Assembly: GCA_049515535.1 (NCBI GenBank) | Contig: JBEKTZ010000002.1 | Span: 147,467 to 211,466 of the forward strand | Length of the DNA stretch: 64,000 nucleotides | Direction: 5' to 3' | Origin: Candidatus Aminicenantales bacterium | GTDB taxonomy: Bacteria; Acidobacteriota; Aminicenantia; Aminicenantales; UBA4085 | In this document: positions 19,156 through 28,912 of the stretch, piece by piece | Layout: each line of letters opens with the position of its first letter | How positions within the stretch are numbered: the stretch's first letter is position 1 | Notes under the pieces: model-generated | The model's input: the letters and a program-made list of their open reading frames with translations, nothing else | Database searches by the model: none | What the model was told of the DNA's origin: nothing | Translations under genes and position numbers: made by a program

Positions 19156-20286
19156 ATGGTCGGAGACAAGAGAGCGGATCTCGCTGGGCCGGGGATCAGC
19201 ACCTATCCGGAAGTCGAGAAAATCCTGCCTACGAATTATCGGGCGATTCTTCCGCCGCGGGAGCGGATGAAAGCGCTTTTTGCGATCAAAGAATACATCG
19301 AGAAGAACCTGTGCCAAGAGCTGAACCTGACCATGGTTCAGGTTCCTCTCATCGTTGAACGGGAAAGCGGGATCAACGACATGCTGGACCGGGACGGATC
19401 GCGAACGCCCATCGAGTTCCCGTGCGGCCTCGGGCTGAAAAAGCGGCTTAACGCTCAGATCGTGCAAGCCGCGACGAAATGGAAACGGCCGGCCCTTGCC
19501 GAATTCGGCTGCAAGGTGGGCGAGGGCATCTGCACGGATATGAGGGCGATCCGCAAGGACTACTTTCTCGATCACGATCACAGCGCTTATGTGGACCAGT
19601 GGGATTGGGAGCGGGTGATGACGATGGACGAGCGCACCTTGGATTTCCTCAAGGACGTCGTTAGAAAAATCTGGAAGGTCATCCGGGGGGCCGGAAAGCA
19701 TGCTCAAGAGCTCTATCCGCAACTTCGAACGAAAACATATCCCGACTTTCCTGAAGAGCTGACCTTCTTGACCGCCGAAGAAATTCTGGATATGTATCCG
19801 GACCTGCCGCGCAAGCAGCGCGAGACTCAAGTGCTCCAGAAATATCCCGCCGTCTTCATCATCGGGATCGGCTATCCGTTGAAGGACGGATACCCTCATG
19901 AGATGCGGGCCGCCGACTATGACGATTGGATCACTGATACGTCCCACATGACCGGAAAGCCGACCCATGGGCTCAACGGCGACATTCTGGTCTGGAACCC
20001 GGTCACACGCCGACGGCACGAGCTCACGTCCATGGGCATTCGGGTGACCAAGGACACGCTCGTTAAGCAGCTCGAGATGTCGAAGTTGATGGAAAACCTC
20101 AAGCTGCCCTATCACCAGGCCATCATGAACGATAAAATTCCCTTGAGCATCGGCGGCGGGATAGGACAATCGCGGACATTCATGTATCTACTCCGGACCG
20201 CGCATTTGGGCGAGGTCACCGTCTCCATATGGCCTAAAGAGCTTAAGGAGATCTGCGAGAAACACAACATTTTCGTTCTCGAATAA
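19156..20286 (+). CDS. asnA: Aspartate--ammonia ligase
   Basis: AAGGAG RBS; VQAATKWKR, HSAYVDQWDWE, RAADYDDW, ELTSMGIRV and LSIGGGIGQSR motifs. Confidence 0.95.
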   Translation: MVGDKRADLAGPGISTYPEVEKILPTNYRAILPPRERMKALFAIKEYIEKNLCQELNLTMVQVPLIVERESGINDMLDRDGSRTPIEFPCGLGLKKRLNAQIVQAATKWKRPALAEFGCKVGEGICTDMRAIRKDYFLDHDHSAYVDQWDWERVMTMDERTLDFLKDVVRKIWKVIRGAGKHAQELYPQLRTKTYPDFPEELTFLTAEEILDMYPDLPRKQRETQVLQKYPAVFIIGIGYPLKDGYPHEMRAADYDDWITDTSHMTGKPTHGLNGDILVWNPVTRRRHELTSMGIRVTKDTLVKQLEMSKLMENLKLPYHQAIMNDKIPLSIGGGIGQSRTFMYLLRTAHLGEVTVSIWPKELKEICEKHNIFVLE

Positions 20287-20381
20287 GACGATAGATATAA
20301 GTTTAAGACGGGGGCGAAAGACGACAAGGATGTCCGTCTCCGCGTCCGAAACGGCCGTCCGCTTACCGCGGAAATAGGATC

Positions 20382-21950
20382 TTAATTGAAGCTTCTCTGT
20401 GGCTCGTTCGGATTGAAATATTTTCTCGGCAGCTTCTCGTCCCTCATCGCGGCATTGTAAACGAATGAGGCCATGATCGTGGCCGCCTGCATCAGGTCCC
20501 CTCGCGACAGGTGGTCATAGACGTCCATGTTCGAATGATGGGTGAGCGAGTCATACTCCAGCTCGTCCTGGATGAACTGAAACCCGGGCAGACCAACACC
20601 GTCGAAGGATAGATGGTCCGTTCCGCCCGTGTTGCGGTTCGTCACCGTCGTCGCCCCGAGATCGTGGAAAGGTTTGAGCCACTCTTCGAAGATCGGGACA
20701 ACGGCCAGGTTGCCTTGGGCGTAGATCCCGCGGATCTTGCCGCTGCCGTTGTCGAAATTGAAGTACGCCGACAATTCATCGTAATCCGGAGTTTTTTCCT
20801 TTTTGGTCCGATCGAAGAAGTGGTTCTTCACATACTCGCGGGAACCGATAATCCCCTGTTCCTCGGCATCCCACATGGCGATGCGGATGGTGCGCCGGGG
20901 TTGGAGGCCAAGGGCCTTGATGATCCGCACGGCTTCCATCGCCACCCCGCAACCGGCCCCGTCGTCCGTGGCGCCCGTCCCCGCGTGCCAAGAGTCGAAA
21001 TGGCCGCCGAGCATGACGATCTCGTCCTTCAGTTTCTTGTCCGTTCCCGGGATCTCGGCCACGACGTTGTAACCGTGCGTATCGTCCTCGGTAAAATTGG
21101 CCTGGATCTCGATCTCCATGGCGACCGGGATGTCCTTCTGCAGGATGCGGACGATCCTATTGTACTGCTCGACCGAAACGACGATCGACGGCACCGGCAT
21201 CAGGGCGCCCTTTGCCTGCGACCCGCCGCCCTGGACGAAAACCGTTCCATCCTTGCCGCGGCTGGGCTCGATCATGACGGCGGCAGCTTCGTCGCGGAGC
21301 AACTTGGTTACCGCGGCTTGGAGCTGCTGTTGGGCCATCATTTCCTGCATCCTTGCGGCGTATGGCGATTTGGCGCCCGGCTCGGGGGCTGTCTCGAGCT
21401 TCTTCAGATCGTCGTCCGACAACCGCCGGGCGCCCGGTTCGAAGGAGATGGCGAGTTCTTTTTCGCCCTGCGTCAGGACAATCGCGCCTTTGAGCTTGCC
21501 CTTGTATTTTTCCAGGTCGGCGGCCGTCGTCGCTTTGACCATGATCGCGTTGCCTTTCACGACGCCGTTCGTTCCCGGAGTCCACGCCTTCGGATAGGCA
21601 ATCAAAGGCATATATTGGGGCGCGGTCATCGCGGCGTAGAACTTTTGGAGCTCCCAGCCCCGGCCGAACGTCCCCCACGGCTCCATCTTCGCGTTGACCA
21701 GGCCGAGTTCCTTGAGTTTGCCCACGACCCAATCGCCGGCCTTGCGGTACTGGGGCGATTCGGAAAGGCGCGGGCCATAGACGTCGCAGAGATAGCTCAT
21801 GAAATCCATGATCTTGGAGTTCTCGAGCCCCTCTTTGCGGATGCGCTGGACGGCCTGAAGATCGACCTTGTCCTGGGCGGCGATCTGAAAAGCGAAAAGG
21901 AGAACCAGAATGGCGACGAAAATGACATGTCTTGTGGAATTTTTTTTCAT
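20382..21950 (-). CDS. M28-family (carboxypeptidase Q-like) secreted aminopeptidase
   Basis: Signal peptide; GGHFDSW, DDGAG, AEEQG, NFDNG and HHSNMD metal-ligand motifs. Confidence 0.9.
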   Translation of the reverse strand: MKKNSTRHVIFVAILVLLFAFQIAAQDKVDLQAVQRIRKEGLENSKIMDFMSYLCDVYGPRLSESPQYRKAGDWVVGKLKELGLVNAKMEPWGTFGRGWELQKFYAAMTAPQYMPLIAYPKAWTPGTNGVVKGNAIMVKATTAADLEKYKGKLKGAIVLTQGEKELAISFEPGARRLSDDDLKKLETAPEPGAKSPYAARMQEMMAQQQLQAAVTKLLRDEAAAVMIEPSRGKDGTVFVQGGGSQAKGALMPVPSIVVSVEQYNRIVRILQKDIPVAMEIEIQANFTEDDTHGYNVVAEIPGTDKKLKDEIVMLGGHFDSWHAGTGATDDGAGCGVAMEAVRIIKALGLQPRRTIRIAMWDAEEQGIIGSREYVKNHFFDRTKKEKTPDYDELSAYFNFDNGSGKIRGIYAQGNLAVVPIFEEWLKPFHDLGATTVTNRNTGGTDHLSFDGVGLPGFQFIQDELEYDSLTHHSNMDVYDHLSRGDLMQAATIMASFVYNAAMRDEKLPRKYFNPNEPQRSFN

Positions 21951-22157
21951 GGCGGCCTCCGTCGATAAATCTTCAAAACTTTAGTCCAAATGGGGAAACC
22001 TGTCAACCGCGTGACGTTTTCATCCGCAAAAAATCTCATCCCGCTATCCGGCGGCTCGGCGTCCGCTTGAGCTTTGAAAAACCCGGGATCGCCTTTCCCC
22101 GATGAGCCGCTTCTGCCGTGCTGGTGCCTTGCTCGCCTGGAAACCCCATCATTATTC

Positions 22158-22166
22158 TGGTATGCT
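22158..22166 (+). promoter_or_regulatory. Extended -10 predicting a leaderless ggt transcript
   Basis: TGG-TATGCT with the -7 position at 22166 puts +1 at 22173, the A of ATG. Confidence 0.45.
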
Positions 22167-22172
22167 GAGAGC

Positions 22173-24119
22173 ATGAAAACGATAGGCTTGATAGGCGGTC
22201 GGTGGAATCCATTATTTATTATCCTTGCCGTGGTGACGGCATTCGTGCTGCTGGCGGGAGTGACGATCGCGCAGCAAGCCAGGCCGGCGCAATTCGGCTC
22301 GCAAAATCCACGCTGGCCGCGAACCGAGAAGCCGCAGCTGCACGGAAAACATTGGGTCGCGCTCACAGGCAAGCCCCTGGGAGCGACCGCCGGAGCGATG
22401 ATCTTTGAGCGCGGAGGAAATGCCGTTGATTCCGCCTGCGCCATGCTCGCCGTCGTCTGCACGATGGTCGATACACTGAGTTGGGGCGGAGAGACCCAAG
22501 CCTTGATCTATAACCCGAACAGCAAAAAGGTGGTCGCCATCAACGGCCTGGGAGTGGCGCCAACCGGCGCTACGGCGGAATTTTTCAAGAATAAGGGCAT
22601 GGCGTTTCCACCCAACGAGGGTCCCCTGGCGGCAGTCACTCCGGGAACTCCAGGCGGCCTCATGACGATGTTGGCCGAGTTCGGCACCATGAGCCTGAAA
22701 CAGGTCCTTGAGCCGGCTCTTGAGATGGCCAGAAACGGATATCCTGTCGAGGCGCAAGCAGGCAATGCCTGGGAGGGTTCGAAGAAGACGCTCGCTCAGT
22801 GGCCCTACTCGAAAAAAACGTTTCTTACGCACTTCGATGCCGGGGATGAAAAGAAACGCTGGGCTCCGGAACCGGGTGAGATCTGGACACAGCCGGATCT
22901 CGCAAACACACTTCAGAAGTTGATGGACGCAGAGCAGGCGGCATTGAAGAAAGGGAAAAGCCGCAAGGAGGCCATTTACGCCGCCTACGAGCGCTTCTAT
23001 AAAGGCGATATCGCCATTGAGTATTGCCGCGGCTCACAAGAACAGGGGGGCCTGCACACCCCGGCAGACCTGGCGAACTGGAAATGCTATATCGAGGAAC
23101 CCGTAAAAACTACCTATAAGGGGATCGACGTCTATAAGCTGAACTGTTGGCAGCAGGGACCGGTTCTATTGCAGGCGCTGAACATGCTCGAGGGGATCGA
23201 CCTCAAATCCATGGGCTACAACAGTCCAAAGTACATCCACACGTTGTACCAGGTGATGAATCTCGCCTATGCCGATCGCGACTTTTATTATGGCGATCCG
23301 TATGTAGCTCCCGAGGAGCCGATGAAGGGACTGCTTTCCAAGGAATACGCGGCGGAACGACGCAAGCTGATCAACTGGGAGAAAAACGATCCAAACGTAA
23401 AGCCGGGCGATCCCTACCCGTTTCAGGGGGGAGTGAATCCCTATAAGAATCTGCTCGAAAAGTGGAGCGATGTCGGCGCGGTGGACCATGCTCTCTGGAG
23501 CGAAGCGGAGCTGGCCGAGTGGCATAAACAGTTCACGGCCGGAACCACCTCCATTCAAAGTGCCGACGAAAAAGGCTGGGTCGTGTCGGTGACGCCGAGC
23601 GGCGGCTGGAATCCCGCCTGTATCGCGGGCAACACCGGCATCGGCATGAGCCAGAGGATGCAGGCTTTTGTTCTTCAGGAGGCTAAGAATCCTTTCAATG
23701 TCCTGCATCCCGGACAAAGGCCGCGCTCGACCCTGTCGCCGAGTATGGCGCTCAAGGACGGCAAGCCATTCCTCTCCTGGTCGATCCAGGGCGGAGACGA
23801 ACAGGACCAGCGCTGCCTGCAGCATTTCCTCAACGTCGTCGAATGGGGAGCCACGGTGCAACAGGCGTGTGAAGCTCCGGACATCACCAGCGGCCAGATG
23901 CAGAGCACATTCGGCGCCCATGTTGCCACACCCGGCGACCTGAGGGTGGATTCGCGGACGCCACTCGACATTATCAAGGCGCTGGAAGGGATGGCCTACA
24001 AGGTGTTGCCTACCCAACGCAATTCCGGTCCCATGAATGCCATTTTCTTCGATTGGAAGCATGGAAGCTTCTGGGCGGGTTCAAGCAATAACGGCGAGGA
24101 TTACGGCATCATCTGGTAA
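22173..24119 (+). CDS. ggt: Gamma-glutamyltransferase family protein
   Basis: GGNAVDSA, AVTPGTPGG, autocatalytic Thr in GTTSI, PRSTLSP and GGDEQ motifs. Confidence 0.9.
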   Translation: MKTIGLIGGRWNPLFIILAVVTAFVLLAGVTIAQQARPAQFGSQNPRWPRTEKPQLHGKHWVALTGKPLGATAGAMIFERGGNAVDSACAMLAVVCTMVDTLSWGGETQALIYNPNSKKVVAINGLGVAPTGATAEFFKNKGMAFPPNEGPLAAVTPGTPGGLMTMLAEFGTMSLKQVLEPALEMARNGYPVEAQAGNAWEGSKKTLAQWPYSKKTFLTHFDAGDEKKRWAPEPGEIWTQPDLANTLQKLMDAEQAALKKGKSRKEAIYAAYERFYKGDIAIEYCRGSQEQGGLHTPADLANWKCYIEEPVKTTYKGIDVYKLNCWQQGPVLLQALNMLEGIDLKSMGYNSPKYIHTLYQVMNLAYADRDFYYGDPYVAPEEPMKGLLSKEYAAERRKLINWEKNDPNVKPGDPYPFQGGVNPYKNLLEKWSDVGAVDHALWSEAELAEWHKQFTAGTTSIQSADEKGWVVSVTPSGGWNPACIAGNTGIGMSQRMQAFVLQEAKNPFNVLHPGQRPRSTLSPSMALKDGKPFLSWSIQGGDEQDQRCLQHFLNVVEWGATVQQACEAPDITSGQMQSTFGAHVATPGDLRVDSRTPLDIIKALEGMAYKVLPTQRNSGPMNAIFFDWKHGSFWAGSSNNGEDYGIIW

Positions 24120-24318
24120 TCCCCTCTTCAATGATCATTCGGAAACCGAACTGAGAAACCACGGAACATGCGGCGAAGCATTTCCGCAACCAAGCAGAGC
24201 GAAAAAGCAAATCCTTATACTCGACTTGCCCCCGCTTCGCCCCCTGGCGTCAAGGATCCGAAGGCCATTTGATAATCGGGATCGACGGATGTATATCTTA
24301 ATTAAGAAGGAGGGAATC

Positions 24319-25104
24319 ATGTACCGCAAAAAAATTGTGCTCGTTTTGCTTGGGGGGGCGTGCAGCCTGTTTTTTTCCTCGATGTCCTGGGCGACGCCTC
24401 CGACAAAGCCCGACCTCAAGGTCACGGAGTTGACCGCCGAACGGAAGCCCAACCTAACCATCCCTCTTCGGCTCGAGATCACCGTCCATATCAAGAACAC
24501 CGGGGCGGCGACGGGCGCAGTGAATTTCGCGACGCGCTTGTCTTATCGAATGCATTCGAGCGATCCCTGGCAAAAGCTCCAGGACTGGTCTTCCGGCGCT
24601 TTGGGGGCCAACGGAGGGGCCGTTTACACAAAGACCTTCGACTTCACGGAAGGAGGAACCTATTATTTCAAGGCTGAGGTCGATGCCGACAACGCGGTGG
24701 CGGAGTCGGCGGAAGGGAACAACACGAAGACATTGACGAAGACCTTTCAAGCCGGCACCCCCGATCTGGTCGTGAATAACCTGGCCGCGACCTCCCTCCA
24801 GACGTCCGCTTCGGGATCCATGAGCGTCAAGGTCGAGTGGGATGTCGAAAACATCGGCGACGGGAAGGCCTCGGGCTCCTTCGTAACCGTTCTCTGTGTG
24901 TCAAAGAACGGCGGAAGCTACAGCGAGGTCCAGCGCTACACGCGATCGAACCTGAATTCGAACGGGACACTACATTTCAGCAAGACCTCCTCGTATACCA
25001 ATTTCAATTCGCTGAGGTTTAAGGTCACGACCGACGAAACGCATACGATCGAGGAAAAACTCGAAGGTAACAATACCGCATTCTCGAACACGATCACTCG
25101 TTAG
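24319..25104 (+). CDS. Secreted protein with two CARDB-like Ig domains
   Basis: Signal peptide; two repeats PDLKV...KNTG...VDADNAVAESAEGNN and PDLVV...ENIG...EEKLEGNN. Confidence 0.8.
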   Translation: MYRKKIVLVLLGGACSLFFSSMSWATPPTKPDLKVTELTAERKPNLTIPLRLEITVHIKNTGAATGAVNFATRLSYRMHSSDPWQKLQDWSSGALGANGGAVYTKTFDFTEGGTYYFKAEVDADNAVAESAEGNNTKTLTKTFQAGTPDLVVNNLAATSLQTSASGSMSVKVEWDVENIGDGKASGSFVTVLCVSKNGGSYSEVQRYTRSNLNSNGTLHFSKTSSYTNFNSLRFKVTTDETHTIEEKLEGNNTAFSNTITR

Positions 25105-25384
25105 ATCGCGGGCTTTTATCTCGGTGGGGGAGGCCGAAACCGGCCCAAGCGGTAAGGTAAGACTAGTCCCTGTACTACCCCTTCTTCCTCGCTTTCCAGA
25201 CAGTTCCTTTTTTATCGGGGCAATGGGATATAACGAAAGGTTTGGTCAGCGCAGTTCTAAAATAACTATAAAGGCCCCGCTTTCTGTTGATTTTAGATTT
25301 TCAGCGTCTCGCTCATCGCCCTGTTCCGCCAACTTGAACATTATCATCAGCTTTGCTGTGCGGGAGCCGGGCAGTCCTAACGGG

Positions 25385-25852
25385 CTATCTTCCTGGCCTT
25401 TTCGGCTTCCCCAGCCGCGCCGCGACCTCTGCCTTTTTCATGCCCTTCAGCTCCGTCAGCATTTTTCTCACTTCAGGCTTTTTGATTGTTATCTTCCCGG
25501 ATTTCTTCTCCCAATGTGCGATGCTGATCCTGTGCATACCGACCAGCATGCCTAGGTCGATCTGGGAGAGACCGAGCCGCCGACGGATGCTCTTGATCCC
25601 CCTGGCATAGACCGCGACGTGCTCGGCTTCCGGTTCCGAATGGGCTTCGACCCGCTGATCTTGACTGAACGCGGCCTGTTTTTTTGAAAGTTCTTTGTTA
25701 TCTTTCTCGATTGCGGAGATTCTGCGTTTTTGCTCGGCGAGTCCCTTCTTCAGGGCAATATGATCCCGGCGGAAATTCGAGAGCGCCAGGCGAATTTCCC
25801 GGCGGGAGATTCGCCTAATCTCATCTTTGATTGTTTGAGCGAGGGTGGACAT
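25385..25852 (-). CDS. Coiled-coil plus XRE-type HTH protein
   Basis: AAGGAG RBS; MSTLAQTIKDEIRRISRREIR coiled coil; IRRRLGLSQIDLGMLVGMHRISIAHWE HTH. Confidence 0.8.
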   Translation of the reverse strand: MSTLAQTIKDEIRRISRREIRLALSNFRRDHIALKKGLAEQKRRISAIEKDNKELSKKQAAFSQDQRVEAHSEPEAEHVAVYARGIKSIRRRLGLSQIDLGMLVGMHRISIAHWEKKSGKITIKKPEVRKMLTELKGMKKAEVAARLGKPKRPGR

Positions 25853-26044
25853 GATAAAAACTCCTTTTATCTTGAAGATGCACCAATCCCCCGATTGATG
25901 AATGAACAATTCTGCATACTGACCAGCTCGCTTTTATCATATCACTCCTTTCGCCGGAATCCCAGGTTGTTGGGACTTCCAAGAAATAGTTCGAGCATCG
26001 CGGGAATGAAATTGAACGATTCGCCGGATAAAGATACGGCTGTC

Positions 26045-26185
26045 TGAACTACTCCCCGAAAACTGGACAGGGGGTATAAGTGGATTTTGAGCCTGCCATA
26101 TCTCAGAAGGAGGTATGGTATGCTTTCGAATATGAGGAAGACGTACGACGCGGCCTTCAAGGCAAAAGTGGCTTTTGAAGCGGCC
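26045..26185 (+). mobile_element. IS3-family left end with truncated orfA
   Basis: TGAACTACTCCCCGAAAACTGGACAG resembles IS150/IS3-type IRL; AGGAGG RBS; peptide MRKTYDAAFKAKVAFEAA breaks off. Confidence 0.7.
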
Positions 26186-26555
26186 GGAAGTCGTTGGCCT
26201 CGTAAACCTCGAGGATCTCACTTCGCAAGTCGTCGAAAGCCTTGTCCCGGAACAGATGATCCTGGCGGTAGGCTCTGTAGTCCTCTTCCTCTATGGCGAA
26301 GTATTTGGCCACGGTTCTGGGATCGAACTCCAGGGCTGTGACGATCGCGCCCTTGGAATATCCCTGCCGCCGAAAAGCTTGAACCTGTTTGAACATCGCT
26401 TTGTTGATCATTCCTGCTCCTGTAAAGTTTTTTTCAACCATACAGGAGTTCTCAAGCCATGGGAATTCCATTTACCCTGCCTATAGGATTTCTGTTTACC
26501 GTGACCATGGGAATTCTGCTTACCATTGCCCTAGGAATTCAGCTTACCATTTCCA
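26181..26555 (-). mobile_element. IS21-family left end with truncated istA
   Basis: Minus-strand TG end at 26555, four 24-bp repeats, then ATG 26411 MINKAMFKQVQAFRRQGYSKGAIVTALEFDPRTVAKY (IstA N-terminal HTH), truncated near 26181. Confidence 0.7.
26462..26555. repeat. Four tandem 24-bp repeats GGAATTC-NNN-TTACC-N9
   Basis: Units start at 26462, 26486, 26510 and 26534, an exact 24-bp period with no spacers. Confidence 0.85.
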
Positions 26556-26720
26556 AGGTTGCGCTCACGGCTGCCGAGTCGGGGGCGGAGTATTTTTGAT
26601 CGTTACTGTCGATTCGTTTTTAGAGCGAAAGAGAGAGGTCTTTCATCTTTCGGGCGATTTTCCGGTCGACCGCGACGATGATACGGCTGGACGGCCTCCT
26701 TCGCAGCCATCTTTGTGTTG

Positions 26721-26750
26721 TTGACATCGATCCGCGGCCTGGATTATGCT
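26721..26750 (+). promoter_or_regulatory. Sigma70-type promoter
   Basis: TTGACA-N18-TATGCT upstream of 26855. Confidence 0.5.
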
Positions 26751-26854
26751 CATTTCGTGATGGGCGGTATCGATTCCGAGCTTTTTAGGAAGGAATGTCG
26801 CGGAGTGCTAAAAAGCAAATCCCTTATTTTATCACCGCAAAAGGAGGAGAACCG

Positions 26855-27322
26855 ATGAATCTGAAAAGCGCCGCCTTATTGGGCGTCATCTGCATGATCA
26901 TCGGCTGCGGCCTTTCTGAAGAAGCCCGCCAGGTCAAGCTTTATCAGAACCGGCTCGGAGCGATGCTGGGTCGGGAGGACCGGGACATCCGAAAACAGAT
27001 CAAAGAGGAATTCCGATTCGAACTCCTGGACCGCTGGAAAGCGGAAAACCCAGGCCCAGAAACGGTCGTGAAAAACAACTACCGGGTCCACGGTTTTTCC
27101 CGGGAGGAAGCCCGTGAGGAATTTGGGATTCCCGGGATTTATGAGGTTGAGATCTACTCGAAAAAACAGGCAGCCGAAACCGCGCGGATCGAGCAGATCA
27201 ATCAAATGGGCCAGACAATCCCCGACACCCGGCATACGCTGATGACCAACGAATTCTATACCTATATCCGGGTGGTTTTCCGGGACGCGGCGCTCATCCG
27301 CGTCGACGTCTGGAGGCGCTAA
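26855..27322 (+). CDS. Hypothetical lipoprotein
   Basis: AGGAGG RBS; lipobox-like IIGC. Confidence 0.65.
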   Translation: MNLKSAALLGVICMIIGCGLSEEARQVKLYQNRLGAMLGREDRDIRKQIKEEFRFELLDRWKAENPGPETVVKNNYRVHGFSREEAREEFGIPGIYEVEIYSKKQAAETARIEQINQMGQTIPDTRHTLMTNEFYTYIRVVFRDAALIRVDVWRR

Positions 27323-27329
27323 ATCGAAT

Positions 27330-28211
27330 GTGTTCGATTTCCGCAGTGACAAAATGATTTTCGCGCTTTTCGTGTCTATTCTGATCCAACTGGGAGCTTC
27401 GCCCTCCGCCATACGAGCGGGCGCGCAGACCTCCCCGAATGTTGTCCAAAATGACGTCCTGCCATCGATCTTGAAGGCGACAGGGGAATATTGCGAAATC
27501 GTCAAACGGCTGGCGCTGAACTTCATTTGTAAGGAACGCGTCGACGATCGGGAGAATTTTTTCACGCGGGGGCCGGGATCGACCCGAAATTCTCCCGACG
27601 AAATCAGGATATCCAAGGTCAACAGACGAAGCTTCACGTATGATTTCCAAATCATCAAGAAGGGGGATGACGTCCAGGAACGGCGTACCCTGCTCGAGGA
27701 GAATGGCAAAAAACGCCACCGGGAAAACGCCGATCCGCCGACTCTCAAATTCTCCGCCCGCAACCTTGTCTTCGGCCCGGTCGGTTTCTTGAGCCGGTAT
27801 TGGCAGGAACACTTTCACTACGAGATCGTCGGCTGGGAACTAGCGGACGGGAAATCGGCCATCATCATCCGGGCGGTTCCGTTTAGCGAGGCACAGGAGA
27901 ACAACAATCACGGCCTGATTTGGGTGGAAGCATCGACATATCAAATCCTGCGCATCGAATTTGAGCCGAAAGCCGTTCAGGGTTCCGATGTGGCCTTTGA
28001 AGCCGGCAACACAGCGATCGGCGCTAAATACATACGCCATTTGAGTTGGACGGTCGATTATGGGGTCGAAAAAAGCGGCGTCCGATTCCCCAGCCGTCAG
28101 AATATTTGCGAGTACTACAAAAGCGCTACGGGCTTCAAGATCACTAAACGGGAAATCCTGTATGAATACACCGATTACAAATATTTCACCGTCGAGGTCG
28201 AAATCAAATGA
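27330..28211 (+). CDS. Hypothetical exported beta-rich protein (start may be 27354)
   Basis: Signal-like N-terminus, YCEIVKRLALNFICKE, GLIWVEASTYQILRIE, YEYTDYKYF. 7 bp from the upstream lipoprotein gene. Confidence 0.7.
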   Translation: MFDFRSDKMIFALFVSILIQLGASPSAIRAGAQTSPNVVQNDVLPSILKATGEYCEIVKRLALNFICKERVDDRENFFTRGPGSTRNSPDEIRISKVNRRSFTYDFQIIKKGDDVQERRTLLEENGKKRHRENADPPTLKFSARNLVFGPVGFLSRYWQEHFHYEIVGWELADGKSAIIIRAVPFSEAQENNNHGLIWVEASTYQILRIEFEPKAVQGSDVAFEAGNTAIGAKYIRHLSWTVDYGVEKSGVRFPSRQNICEYYKSATGFKITKREILYEYTDYKYFTVEVEIK

Positions 28212-28608
28212 CGTTGCGGCGCTTCGTCCGAAACCCAGCGTCGCTTCGGTCCGCCTTCACGACGAATCGCCGAGCGACCGGCGGTCGGCGACGGCGTAAG
28301 TATATTTGAAACATCGAGGGGATGGTTCCCCGTGAATCATTCCCTTTTTTGTTTTTTGATCGATTTTCGGCTCCCATCCGGCCTGTGATTCCGGTCAAGC
28401 ATTTGCCGGGGCCGGGTTTTTTATTTGCGGGCCTGATTCGAGATTCCTGCCGGAATCCGGAACCAGGCCTTTCGTGTTTTAGGGCGTCAACGTCGGTTGA
28501 CGTTTTCTCGACCTGATTCGACCTTCAGCGCTGGGGCTTCCTCGGCCTTAACAGGGTCGACTCGGGCTTGTCTGGCATTGGCCCGTTTCTTGAGGCTTTT
28601 CTCCCGCC

Positions 28609-28791
28609 ATGGCGGGAGTCTATCGTCCTCGACATCCGGAGCGGACCGTTCTTTACCGGGTGCTGTTCCATCATTTCGAGCGGTTCGTCGCGGAATACGA
28701 GCGTTTCGCGAAGGCCTACGGCTACTTCCGGCCGATCGTCAAGGACGTCGTGGAGAAGTACCTCGACTGCGGCAATCCCCGCTGTGGGTTC
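28609..28791 (+). pseudogene. IS91-like transposase zinc-binding domain remnant
   Basis: [22 protein letters not shown]...[12 protein letters not shown] matches the Zn_Tnp_IS91-type N-terminus. The frame becomes unrelated after CGF and stops at 28830. Confidence 0.7.
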
Positions 28792-28912
28792 GTGTCAAGG
28801 GTCCTCGAAATTTCCCCCACCCTTCCATGATAGTTCTGTTCGGTATCAACTCTCATCGAAAATTCTTCCTCTTCCGGCCCATGAGAACTATTCCCCCCTC
28901 CTACGTCCTTAG

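Noticed and set aside
25105-25384. Possible attL or small ORF at the left island edge
   Set aside because: No copy of the tRNA 3' end, and only a 33-aa ORF without support.
26462-26555. Possible mini-CRISPR or iteron array
   Set aside because: The units are contiguous 24-mers with no spacers, no cas or rep gene is nearby, and they sit between a TG end and an istA fragment, as expected for IS21 ends.
28792-28800. GTCAAGGG at the IS91 truncation point matching the start of the in-frame element
   Set aside because: The match is only 8 bp and is expected by chance.
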